DNA of 64,000 nt, taken from assembly GCA_965206595.1 (NCBI GenBank), contig OZ242214.1:1280001-1344000 (forward strand), given 5' to 3'. Below are positions 30,801-38,219 of this stretch, one piece after another. Below the pieces are notes generated by a model. The model saw only the letters and a program-made list of their open reading frames with translations, had not been told where the DNA came from and searched no databases. The stretch's first letter is position 1, and every line of letters starts with the position of its first letter. The position numbers were made by a program, and so were the translations under genes. This DNA comes from Candidatus Latescibacterota bacterium (GTDB lineage: Bacteria > Latescibacterota > UBA2968 > UBA8231).

Positions 30801-31244
30801 ATCATCCTGCATCTCTGTTACACGTACGGCGGCATCAACCTGCACACCTTCTTCATGCAGAGTCAGTCGATTCGCCTTTTCAACGACATGGCCAGGCATA
30901 TCCAGCACCCGGTCGGCCCGGACCTGCGAGGATGGGGGTTCACCGGCATCGGCGCCGCCATCGAAGCCGGCCTGATCTATGCACAACAGCGCTTCTTCTG
31001 GTGGCCCCTGCACCCGGTCGGCTTCGTGATCGCCAACGGCTGGCTGACCAGCCAGATCTGGTTCGCCGTCTTTCTCGGATGGCTGGCGAAGTTCGTCATC
31101 ATGAGGAACGGCGGCATGCAGGTGTTTCTCGCGGCGCGTCCCTTCTTCATCGGGCTGATTCTCGGGGAGGCGACCGCGGCCGGAACCTGGCTGGTGGTCG
31201 ACTATCTCGCCGGCAGCACCGGAAACCAGCTCACCCAGATGTAG
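24840..31244 (+). CDS. ~2134-aa fusion: signal peptide + PA/M28-like (degenerate) ectodomain + MacB/FtsX permease + DUF6785/DUF6784-like multipass domain
   Basis: SRAVGYPG; LVYAGGG..ELEGRAVL (PA); VVLQAYYD..APGA (M28-like); NMRRRKLRT and VYERFREIGIYSSVGL (FtsX); RQWSVHERLEYP and WWPLHPVGF (DUF6785/6784-like). Confidence 0.85.
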   Translation: MGAAGHLFAAALCLSLAAAAAADQAARLTADIEFLTSNGSRAVGYPGAAAAAGRIEDRFRDLGLTDVRRREYRVGMPVDRGASLAVEETGLSIPLLCMWPNLVRTPTLPPAGLRLPLVYAGGGEWAELNGRELEGRAVLMEFNSGLNWMRPASLGAAAVLFIEPEETTAREAQRKYAVAPLDVPRFWIDSRSGKRLRRRLDEKGELAVTLRGRMDWEMRPAWNLTAFLEGADPELAGETVVLQAYYDAASVVPALAPGATAACGIAALLETALHLVEQRPAHSVLFLATSAHYQAQQGIVDFVNRRARTHEEYSARYGEPLDISLFVGFDLSGGSDQLGVWNNLSGDELRRFFLPYSRVFMAHGEAAAGELGRDAERAFFNGVSPVRGRSWESLAPGGINPDAGWVHAAGVPALTLATVNDGRQSESTPLDRAVDIGNLDRQVELLKRTLAGVLNNPELSSGRAALAGVVKDRMRDLLVQARQYPRRSQTPDRPVPGALAVLNTYDKQETGVHGQRVAIADGDGNAVFRGIPSTAEKLAAFELDPKSGAILAAPDLAKRASQHHGKPLPTGYLRAAANRSINIRTIVLFKTRGREIYSLISPRSLLGYGAPTVMNQGGAEPRQYGFLLSKYPEEPAGVLFGPALGGEENRLRFFFGGLLEQRLLLLNSKGHGSEEEARGIGYSLGEEALTRLTEKAARDMWRLDEQRLVKLREHSIGSRSLERLHQGAGELLEEAAAAAAELRWDRYVARAREALGLEACVYPRILETLNDVIKGMVFFLALVVPAAFFGERLFFAAADIRRQLLGLAVLVLLIWMILSQVHPAFDIAHPLVIVLAFTIMAMAILVLWMVSARFNKTAAEYRSRVAQVHKADVSRFGAAYVAFMLGISNMRRRKLRTAMTLITLTLLTFSVLSFTSFEDRVRFVAMPAPFEGERQGLLIRDRNWGMLSYPAWDYARSHFGAAAVLVPRYWHSGHKGSASYVEVRRGKRVARALGMIGLAPGERLVTGVDRCLVAGSFFEEGDEETCLLPDEMADALGISAADAGSVRVRVFGRDLLVRGIFSAAALDDLRDLDGGSLTPIDTRVAAFDPLDQLLEAAEEEGGEEAAVVEMTAALHLPAANVLITPHRTQQDFGGSLHSVAARFREDSRPVELIEKYLLRVAAFMYAGIPDDAGGISVYRYSSVGLTSVQGLGALAIPAVIAAMIVLNAMLGAVYERFREIGIYSSVGLAPVHISVLFLAEATVYAILGVTMGYLLGQGLGKLLIALDMLSGITLNYSSVSAVVAAISVMAIVLLSTLYPARVAARVAVPEAVRRWRPPDPDGDRWVFAFPFNVSESEAAATCGFLHSFFAAHGGAVGGRMYTEGLALQRRQTPAGASYSIDFRMWLSPYDLGVSEKVRLELTPAADAPGLYAIAVEIERVSGEQLNWRRLNGPFFKVLRRQLLIWNTLPAETRGGHRHTAQRLLEAGKQEESESPGPRLAAVPGEDPGETGEQRRSPFSWRAIAIGAAGAAAVGVGAPYCVFMLKGSWMAINSTVPIAIFYFFIVVVIANVILGLVARRWELPKADLILVYVMLTMAAAVPNQAFVGYVIPCIAGFFYYATPENKWLDMYLADVPEWMVPDIAAAELLHEGLPPGEPVPWQGWAEPLTWWYLFFLALSLMMICLNVILHRQWSVHERLEYPMVQVPLHMIERSQGAFAPLGPFFRNRWAWIGFLVPFLLLGLGGLQHYFPAVPVFSPSFGALSLMDGAFILKFHTNYAWVGISYLVNLDVTMSIWVFWILGVLQKALLGKFGVAPTETLSFYSLHSADLAHQATGACWVFVAWGLWVARRHLKQVLSNAFGRRAVDDSEELISYRAAVLGFAASLLFIGAWLWRSGMPLVVLPMFLVSALIFYILVTRVVATAGVATARSPMISAFVVISGLGSAFIGTKGLVALTFTYLWHSEMRLFPMVVCAQNLKLAETVRGPKGRLFWAICIALVVSLLAATWIILHLCYTYGGINLHTFFMQSQSIRLFNDMARHIQHPVGPDLRGWGFTGIGAAIEAGLIYAQQRFFWWPLHPVGFVIANGWLTSQIWFAVFLGWLAKFVIMRNGGMQVFLAARPFFIGLILGEATAAGTWLVVDYLAGSTGNQLTQM

Positions 31245-31250
31245 CCGCCG

Positions 31251-32957
31251 ATGGCCGAGTACCTGACACGACAGGGGCGGGGAACCGCGGCACCGCTGGC
31301 CGCGGTCGGACTGGTGTACCTGCTGACCCTGTTCTGCTTCGAGCGGGACGGCCTGTGGACCACGGACAACGCCGCCAAGTTCCTGCAGGTGCGGGCCCTG
31401 CTGCAGAGCGGCTTCGCCAGCTTCGCCATTCCCTGGCCCGGCAGGAGCATCGACCCGGAGTTCATATACAATCCCATGCCGTTCCACTTCTCGTCGGTGC
31501 GCGACGGCGAGCTGTACTCCGTGTTCTCTCCCGTCTTCGCCATGGTGTCCGCGGTTCCGTACGCGCTCCTCGGCTACTGGGGGCTCTACCTGCTGCCGTT
31601 CGCCTCGGCGCTGCTGATGCTGCGGGCGGTCGCCGGGCTCTGCGCTGTATGCGGCGGAGGCGCCAGGGCCCGGCAGGCCGCGGTCCTGATCGCCGGCCTC
31701 GCCACCCCGGTCTGGTTCTACGGCGTCGCTTTCTGGGAACACTGCGCAGCCGCCTGTCTCTGCCTGTGGGCGCTGCTGTTCTTCGCCCGCTTCGTCGATG
31801 CCGGCGCGACCCGGGATCTCGTGCGCGGCGCCGTCCTCGTCAGCCTCGCGGTCTATCTCAGGGACGATCTCTATCTGCTGTGCGCGCTGCTGGCCCTGGC
31901 CGCCCTTGCGGCCCGGAGATCGAGGTGGCTGCAAACGGCGCTCTGGTGCGGTGGCACCATGGCGGTCTGCCTGGCACCGCTCTGGATCTGGCAGTGGCGG
32001 CAGATGGGCAGCCCGCTCGGACAGCACCTGTCGACCCACCTCGTCTCGTCGGAGGGAATCCTGGGGCACCTCCTCGACAGGCCGAAGGTCTTCTACAACC
32101 TGCTGGTGGCCGCGACCCCGGCGCCGATCGTCTCGATCTTCCTCTCCGCCCCGTTCCTCTACGCCTGGCTGCGCCGCCCGGGGTTCGGCGCCTCCGGCTA
32201 TCGCACCGCCCTTCCCCTGTACGGCGCCGCGGCGACGGCCAGCGCCCTGCTCGCCTTCGCAGGCTACTTCCTCTTCGACAGCCCCCTGGCCTATCTCCTG
32301 GCCTCGTCGAACAGCCTGTTCGCGGCCGCGCCTCTGGCGATCCTCGCCTTCCCGCGCTGCGGCGAAGAGGGACGGGTGCGCCGATGGCTGGCGCACCTGG
32401 CGATCGCCTACGCGGCGCTCTACGCCGTCGCCGCCCCCGACCTCGGCTCCTCCGGCCTGCACTGGGGCAATCGCTTCCTGCTCCTCCTCTACCCGGTCTG
32501 GTCGCTGCTGGCCGCGGTCAACCTCGAGCAGTGGCTGCGGCTGGAAGGCGGCGGCTGGAGATCCTGGAGGTCCTGGAGCCTCGCCGCGGTGGTCGCCGTC
32601 AGCGTCGGGGCGCAGCTGTTCTCCGTCGAGCTGCTGCGCCGCAAGAAGGAGTTCTCCCACCGGCTCAACGACTTCGTCGCGGCGAGCCCGGAGCAGGTGG
32701 TGCTGACGAGCGAGCGCTGGGCAGGGCACGAGCTCCATCGCGTCTTCTACGACAAGCCGGTCTTCTACGTCGAGTATTCCCATGCCATGGACGCCCTGCG
32801 GCAGAAGCTGAAGCAGGCCGGGTACGACAGCTTCCTGTTCCTGACGCGCCGGCAGGGAGTAGTCTGGCCGGCGCCCCCGGTCGCAATCGGGGACGGCGGT
32901 TTGAACTGGTACGGGATGAGGGCATTTTCAGGCAGCACGTCGGCGCGGCCGCGATAA
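31251..32957 (+). CDS. Multipass membrane GT-C-like glycosyltransferase (LA_3751/PMT-like)
   Basis: About 12 hydrophobic segments, WTTDNAAKFLQ in the first loop, FWEH, WGNRFLL. Confidence 0.65.
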   Translation: MAEYLTRQGRGTAAPLAAVGLVYLLTLFCFERDGLWTTDNAAKFLQVRALLQSGFASFAIPWPGRSIDPEFIYNPMPFHFSSVRDGELYSVFSPVFAMVSAVPYALLGYWGLYLLPFASALLMLRAVAGLCAVCGGGARARQAAVLIAGLATPVWFYGVAFWEHCAAACLCLWALLFFARFVDAGATRDLVRGAVLVSLAVYLRDDLYLLCALLALAALAARRSRWLQTALWCGGTMAVCLAPLWIWQWRQMGSPLGQHLSTHLVSSEGILGHLLDRPKVFYNLLVAATPAPIVSIFLSAPFLYAWLRRPGFGASGYRTALPLYGAAATASALLAFAGYFLFDSPLAYLLASSNSLFAAAPLAILAFPRCGEEGRVRRWLAHLAIAYAALYAVAAPDLGSSGLHWGNRFLLLLYPVWSLLAAVNLEQWLRLEGGGWRSWRSWSLAAVVAVSVGAQLFSVELLRRKKEFSHRLNDFVAASPEQVVLTSERWAGHELHRVFYDKPVFYVEYSHAMDALRQKLKQAGYDSFLFLTRRQGVVWPAPPVAIGDGGLNWYGMRAFSGSTSARPR

Positions 32958-33012
32958 CCGGAACCGAACCGGCGGCTGCCCACCCCATAGAATGAAACCG
33001 GGAGGAGATCAC

Positions 33013-34107
33013 GTGACCGAACGCAGATTCATCCGCACCAGCGACCGCGATCTCGTCAGGGTCGGCGTCCTCACCGGAAACGGCGGCCACACCCTGAACA
33101 TCTGGGGCGAGAAGATGAACCCCACCGGCGATTTCATCCGCACCACCGGGATGATCCTGACCCACGTCTGGAGCGTGCGCCCGCAGTTCGCCGCGCAGGT
33201 GGCCGGCAAGTTCCGGGAGACCGTCGCCGTCGAGGATCCGCGCGACATGATCGGCCAGGTCGACGGCGTCATCGTCGACGACATCACCGCCATCTCCCTC
33301 TACCCGGTGCTGGCGCGGCCGTTTCTCGAAGCCGGGATACCGACCTTCGTCAACCGCCCCTTCGCCACCTCCCTGGCCAAGGGCCGCGAGATGATCGCCT
33401 GCGCCGAAAAGCACGGCGCCGCCCTGTACACGATGTCGTCCTGGGAGGCATCGGAGAGCATCGGCGACCTGCGGCTCAAGCTGGCCAACATGGGGGCGAT
33501 CAAGGGGTACGTCGCCCACAATTCCGCCAGCGACTACTACTCCCACGGCCTGCACGGGGTCTGGTACATACACGCCGCCTTCAGGGAGGAGATCGCAAAG
33601 GGCCGGGTGCGGCTGGCCGCGGCGGCGTATCACACGCAGGACTGGCGCACCCCGGGGGGCGTGATCGTCTTCGAGCACGAGGGCCCCGGAGGCCCCTTCC
33701 ACGGGGCCCTGCACCAGGTCTCGGGAGCGGACGGGGCCGGGTACATGCGCGTCCTGGGGCCCCCGGAGTTCGGCGACGCCGAGGGCCGCGTCCCGGCGAG
33801 CGCCCAGCATTTCATGTACAACACCTGGAACTCCGCGCAGCTCGTCCTCCAGGAGATGTTCGAGACCGGGACAGCGCCGGAAACCGGGGAGGCGTTGATG
33901 GAGAAGCTGCGCATGTTCCTGCTCCCCTTCTACTCCGTCCTCGAGAAGGGGGGGGAAATGGCCCGGCTGGAGGAGATCGAGAACTGGGAGCTGCCGCGGC
34001 CGTCGGAGCCGCTGATGAGGGACGGCCACCCGACCGACAGCGCCTTCCAGGTCCTCTACAGCGACGACGAGATCGAGGCGGTCGCCCGCCGGCTCGGAGG
34101 GGCTTGA
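33013..34107 (+). CDS. Gfo/Idh/MocA-like oxidoreductase
   Basis: DMIGQVDGVI...PFLEAGIPTFVNRPFA, YYSHGLH. GGAGGAG RBS before the GTG. Confidence 0.7.
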   Translation: MTERRFIRTSDRDLVRVGVLTGNGGHTLNIWGEKMNPTGDFIRTTGMILTHVWSVRPQFAAQVAGKFRETVAVEDPRDMIGQVDGVIVDDITAISLYPVLARPFLEAGIPTFVNRPFATSLAKGREMIACAEKHGAALYTMSSWEASESIGDLRLKLANMGAIKGYVAHNSASDYYSHGLHGVWYIHAAFREEIAKGRVRLAAAAYHTQDWRTPGGVIVFEHEGPGGPFHGALHQVSGADGAGYMRVLGPPEFGDAEGRVPASAQHFMYNTWNSAQLVLQEMFETGTAPETGEALMEKLRMFLLPFYSVLEKGGEMARLEEIENWELPRPSEPLMRDGHPTDSAFQVLYSDDEIEAVARRLGGA

Positions 34108-34503
34108 GGAATCGGCCCGGTGCGGATCCCGTGCCCCCGAAATATCCGGTTGGGCGCGGTCGCCCGGTGGCGCAGCTAGGGGAGAACATGGTTGGCGGCG
34201 GTCTTTCGAGATGGGACGAGGCCGCGGAGTCGGTGCGGGTCGAGAAGCTCGAGCTCCCGGGTGCGTTATTCGCGGGAGGGGTGAGGTCGAGGCTGTCGAA
34301 CCGCTGGGGCTGGGAAACCGGTGTTGGAGCCGGCTCGCAACTACAGGTTGCATGGGATGCAATTGCCGCTGGAAGAGGGGCCGGTAACATGCCTTCCTCG
34401 AGGCCCGGCTCGGCAAGCCGTCTGCGGTACTGGAGTTCCCCTCCCATCTGGTTTCCAAGAGCGCTGGCCGCATGAACACTCCACCTGGCCGTCGCGTCAA
34501 ATA

Positions 34504-34563
34504 TTGACGATTGACCTGGGAAGATTATTATGCGTCTTGAACATAATGTTCGAGACACATAAT
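34504..34563 (+). promoter_or_regulatory. sigma70-like promoter (TTGACG-N16-TATTAT) overlapped by a 37-bp inverted repeat (candidate operator)
   Basis: Arms attatgcgtcttgaacat (34527-34544) and atgttcgagacacataat (34546-34563) are 16/18 complementary and end 11 nt before the ATG. Confidence 0.7.
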
Positions 34564-34574
34564 ATGCCCGTACC

Positions 34575-35951
34575 ATGCGCCTCGAGTTTCTGAACAGAAC
34601 GCGGGAAGTCGACCGACTGACCAGGGCCCTCGTCGCCGAAGAGCCCGGCTTCATTGTGGTCTTCGGCAGGCGTCGATGCGGCAAGTCGACTCTTTTACAG
34701 CAGGTAATGCGCCCGGGCGATATCTACTACGCCGCGGACCTGCGCGAAGCTTCTCTGCAACTCCCTGCTCTTGCCGGGGAAGTGGCCCGGTCCATTCCGG
34801 GCTTCGCCGAGGTCGATTACCCGTCCTGGCCGGCCCTGCTCCGGACCCTGGACGCCCGCGCCGACCGCGGCACCTGCCTGGTCCTGGACGAGTTCTCCTA
34901 CCTGGTTCAGATCTCCCCCGAACTGCCAAGCCTGCTGCAGAAGTTCATCGACGACCGCGGCCGCCGTATCCACCTGACCATCTGCGGTTCCTCCCAGGGG
35001 ATGATGCAGGGCCTGATCCTCGATGCGGCGGCCCCCCTGTACGGCCGGGCGAGCCAGGTGCTGGCCATCGGTCCCCTTGCCCCCTTCTGGATTCAGCAAG
35101 CCCTCGAGGTTCGCGGTATCGAGGCGGTGGAACAGTATGCGGTCTGGGGGGGAGTGCCGCGCTACTGGGAGCTGGCCCGGGGATGCACCGGCCTGCAGGA
35201 GGCCATCGAGGAGCTGGTGCTCGACAGGTACGGCGTCCTTCACGGCGAACCGGAGCGCCTGCTGCTCGACGACATGCGCAGCGCCGTGCAGGCAAACTCC
35301 CTGCTGTCGCTTATCGCCAACGGCAGCCACCGGCTCTCCGAAATCGCGGGACGCCTGGGAAAGCCCGCAGGACACCTGGCCCGCCCCCTCGCCCAGCTGA
35401 TCGAGCTGGGGTATATCCGGCGGGAAGTCCCCTTCGGCGAGACCACCAAGTCGACCAAGCGCTCCCTGTACAAGCTGAACGACCCGTTTCTGATCTTCTG
35501 GTACAGGTACGTTCAGCCCAACCGGTCGCTGTTGGAACGCGACATGATCGACGATGTGTCCCGCGCCATCGGGCAAACCTTCGCGCACCACGTCGCCGAT
35601 ATATGGGAGGATCTTGCCCGCCTGTCCACGGCCTCTCTGCCGGTCGGGGGCATCCGCTGGGAACCCGCCCAACGGTGGTGGGGACGCGGCCTGGACGGGC
35701 AGCAGATGGAGATCGACCTGGTCGCGGAGGATCTGGAGGGTGAGGCCTTGTTGCTGGGCGAGGCCAAATGGCGGGAGGGGCCGGACCAGGGCGCGATTTT
35801 CGAACGTTTGCGCAACTGCGCTGAGAACTTTCCCCGGGCAAGGGGAAGGAAGGTGATTCTTGGGGCCTGGTTAAAGCAGGGTGGCGGAGCGAAAGCCCGG
35901 CCAGGGGAATTTGTCGTCGATCCTGGGGCAACGCTGGCGGTGCTGCGCTGA
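34575..35951 (+). CDS. COG1672-type AAA ATPase with wHTH and DUF234/PD-(D/E)XK C-terminus
   Basis: FLNRTRE, GRRRCGKS, VLDEF, GGVPRY, DPFLIFW, EIDLV...GEAKW. Confidence 0.88.
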   Translation: MRLEFLNRTREVDRLTRALVAEEPGFIVVFGRRRCGKSTLLQQVMRPGDIYYAADLREASLQLPALAGEVARSIPGFAEVDYPSWPALLRTLDARADRGTCLVLDEFSYLVQISPELPSLLQKFIDDRGRRIHLTICGSSQGMMQGLILDAAAPLYGRASQVLAIGPLAPFWIQQALEVRGIEAVEQYAVWGGVPRYWELARGCTGLQEAIEELVLDRYGVLHGEPERLLLDDMRSAVQANSLLSLIANGSHRLSEIAGRLGKPAGHLARPLAQLIELGYIRREVPFGETTKSTKRSLYKLNDPFLIFWYRYVQPNRSLLERDMIDDVSRAIGQTFAHHVADIWEDLARLSTASLPVGGIRWEPAQRWWGRGLDGQQMEIDLVAEDLEGEALLLGEAKWREGPDQGAIFERLRNCAENFPRARGRKVILGAWLKQGGGAKARPGEFVVDPGATLAVLR

Positions 35952-36101
35952 GATGGAGATCACAAGGATGCGGATCGGCTGACGGACGGCTCGATATGCA
36001 GGTATGGGGCCCGTGACTATGTCCTGACCAAGGCAGCCATCTGTCGCCGGAATCGGATACGAAATGAGATTACGAGATGGAAGGTCAGGCGCTGCAGGAC
36101 G

Positions 36102-37499
36102 TCAGGTCTTGCTGTTTCCTGTCTCGATCTCGTTGATAATCGGTATAGCCTTCTCAGCAATTTCAATAAACGTGTTTACAAAGTAGCTCGTGATTTCCCC
36201 GCCGTTATCCTGGCATTCCTTATGCAATTCCGGGACCAGTGAGTACCAATTCTCCCGGTCCTTTTCAACATAGTCCCCCCATGGCGACATAGGAGTTATT
36301 CTGGCAGAGCCAAGCTCGTCCTTTAGTTTCCTTTCAAGAAGCTGTCGTCGTTCCTTATCCACCTTCACCATTTTCCCTACCGGCATTGGACTAAATACGC
36401 CAATGTACCAGCCATTTGGCCCCTTACGCTGATTGCTCAGCGAAATATGGGTGTTCAGAATGGATCCTCCTCCTTTATACTGGACCCAACAGGTTCGGTA
36501 CATTCCGATGAAATTTGCAAAACTGGTGTCATCCTTATAGTTCTGATCGACCGGTAGGTCACCGACAAAATCCTTGAGTATTTCACTCTCTCTTTTCGCC
36601 TGCTTGGTCGCGGAATATAGTTGCTTAAAAAATTCCCAGCACACTTTTTTCCTGATGGCAGGCCAAGACTCGTAAACTTTTACAGCGGTTCTCATATTGT
36701 CCTGATCTGACATCACGAAGTCCCGGATCGCGTCGGCTTCGATATCGGTAGTCATGGTTTGGCCTCCAAATTTCCTTTGGCAGAATGTCTCCGCATCGCG
36801 AAGAAACCAGCGCAACCGTTCCACATCGCAGTTCTTACGGCTTTCTCCGAGCCAGTCGGCGAGCGAATGAGAAAGGCGAAAGTCATTGAGTTCGTCCTCT
36901 ACCTCCTCATGACTTCTGTTTCTGTAGTACGGCATGATGGCAAAGCGGCCTTTCCACTTCTCGTTCAGCTCATCCTTGTGGATGCTCCACTCTGAGGGTT
37001 CTTCACCTGTGGGTGAGAGGTAAATCAAAAGAAACCGTTCCTCGTATTCTTCCTCAAGGTATTCGAGGTAGTCCTTGACCTGGTTTTCCTGATCGTGGGC
37101 ATAGGGTTTGTTCTCGATAGCCAGACAGTACTTTCCATCGGGGCCATGGATTTCAACGACCACGTCAATTTGCCTCCCCTCCTCAGTCCTCTGCTCGCGG
37201 ACAACGGAAGTTCTCCTGTCAAGATCTGGCCAGTTTTTTAGAGGCTCGTGAAAGCTCTTGAAATTCGCCAGGAACGTCCGGAGAAACAGCGCTCCCTGAC
37301 CATGGCTCGCTTCAGGGTTGAACAGATCCGCAATAATCCGGGAAAGTCCCAATTCATTGGTCTTCAAGTAGTCGAGCACGTTGAATCTGCGCGCCAGGTT
37401 TCGGTCGAGCTCGTGTTCTAAAACCCTCGCAGTCTTCAGTCGAGGGGCCAACTCGTCAAAGAAGCGTTTTATCTCCATGAGGTTGTATTTTCCTTGCAT
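36102..37499 (-). CDS. PD-(D/E)XK nuclease family protein (PDDEXK_4-like)
   Basis: NELGLSRIIADLFNP..SHGQG, RQIDVVV, IENKP..DQENQVKDY, IYLSP. Visibly lower GC than the flanks. Start at 37499 or 37478. Confidence 0.85.
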   Translation of the reverse strand: MQGKYNLMEIKRFFDELAPRLKTARVLEHELDRNLARRFNVLDYLKTNELGLSRIIADLFNPEASHGQGALFLRTFLANFKSFHEPLKNWPDLDRRTSVVREQRTEEGRQIDVVVEIHGPDGKYCLAIENKPYAHDQENQVKDYLEYLEEEYEERFLLIYLSPTGEEPSEWSIHKDELNEKWKGRFAIMPYYRNRSHEEVEDELNDFRLSHSLADWLGESRKNCDVERLRWFLRDAETFCQRKFGGQTMTTDIEADAIRDFVMSDQDNMRTAVKVYESWPAIRKKVCWEFFKQLYSATKQAKRESEILKDFVGDLPVDQNYKDDTSFANFIGMYRTCWVQYKGGGSILNTHISLSNQRKGPNGWYIGVFSPMPVGKMVKVDKERRQLLERKLKDELGSARITPMSPWGDYVEKDRENWYSLVPELHKECQDNGGEITSYFVNTFIEIAEKAIPIINEIETGNSKT

Positions 37500-37530
37500 T
37501 CGGGAATTGGTTCCAGCCGATCGGATTCGT

Positions 37531-37881
37531 TCAATCGGATGCAAGGTGGAGAGGCAATGCAGCCCGCAACGCCTCGGTTACCCTGCGCTGGTCCTTCTCC
37601 TCCAGGCGCGCCAAGGTACCGAGGATGAGTCCTTTGTCAACCGCGAACAGCTTCATCCGCGCGGGGCAGGGTTTTCGCAAGCCGGCCTCCCTCCACTGCT
37701 CGAGGGACGTGTCGAGGTGCCAGGCGCTGCGGCTGGCGCTGGTGATCATCATGAGCAGGGTAGAGGCGTTTTTCCGGTTGAACGTCCGGTCGGACAGGAC
37801 CAGTGCCTTTCGGCGTTTGGAGCGGGGCAGGTCGCTGAACGGGAAAGGCATCTCGACGAGGTCGAAAGGGCTACAGGTCAT
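37531..37881 (-). CDS. mazF: PemK/MazF-family toxin
   Basis: DLVEMPFPFSD...KRRKALVLS...MITS...AGLRKP. Confidence 0.88.
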   Translation of the reverse strand: MTCSPFDLVEMPFPFSDLPRSKRRKALVLSDRTFNRKNASTLLMMITSASRSAWHLDTSLEQWREAGLRKPCPARMKLFAVDKGLILGTLARLEEKDQRRVTEALRAALPLHLASD

Positions 37882-38092
37882 CGTCTTCCCCGTCCTGCCA
37901 CTCCGTCAGGGTCGGCTCCAGGGCCCTGGCCCACTCCAGGTCGATTTTGGAAGCCTTGTGGATGCTGACCCTGTCCCCCTCCACTTCATAGGCAAGGGCG
38001 TCTCCCGGATGCAGGTCCAGGGAACGCCGAATGGCAACGGGAACCGTGGTCTGTCCCTTGGATGAGATTGTGCTGAATATGACCGGTTCCAT
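37871..38092 (-). CDS. AbrB/MazE-family antitoxin
   Basis: STISSKGQTTVPVAIRRSLDLHPGD and acidic tail L.EW..EDD. Overlaps the toxin start. Confidence 0.88.
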   Translation of the reverse strand: MEPVIFSTISSKGQTTVPVAIRRSLDLHPGDALAYEVEGDRVSIHKASKIDLEWARALEPTLTEWQDGEDDDL

Positions 38093-38219
38093 AAGTGGAA
38101 TTGACCTTAGAGGCAGGGAGAGTGGGTCCTCTTTGTGTGCTTTGCTCGTAAGGTGCCCTTGGTAGGAACCGCAAGTCCGCGGTTGGATGGCAATGCGAGG
38201 GGATTCCTTCCGGCCCGGG

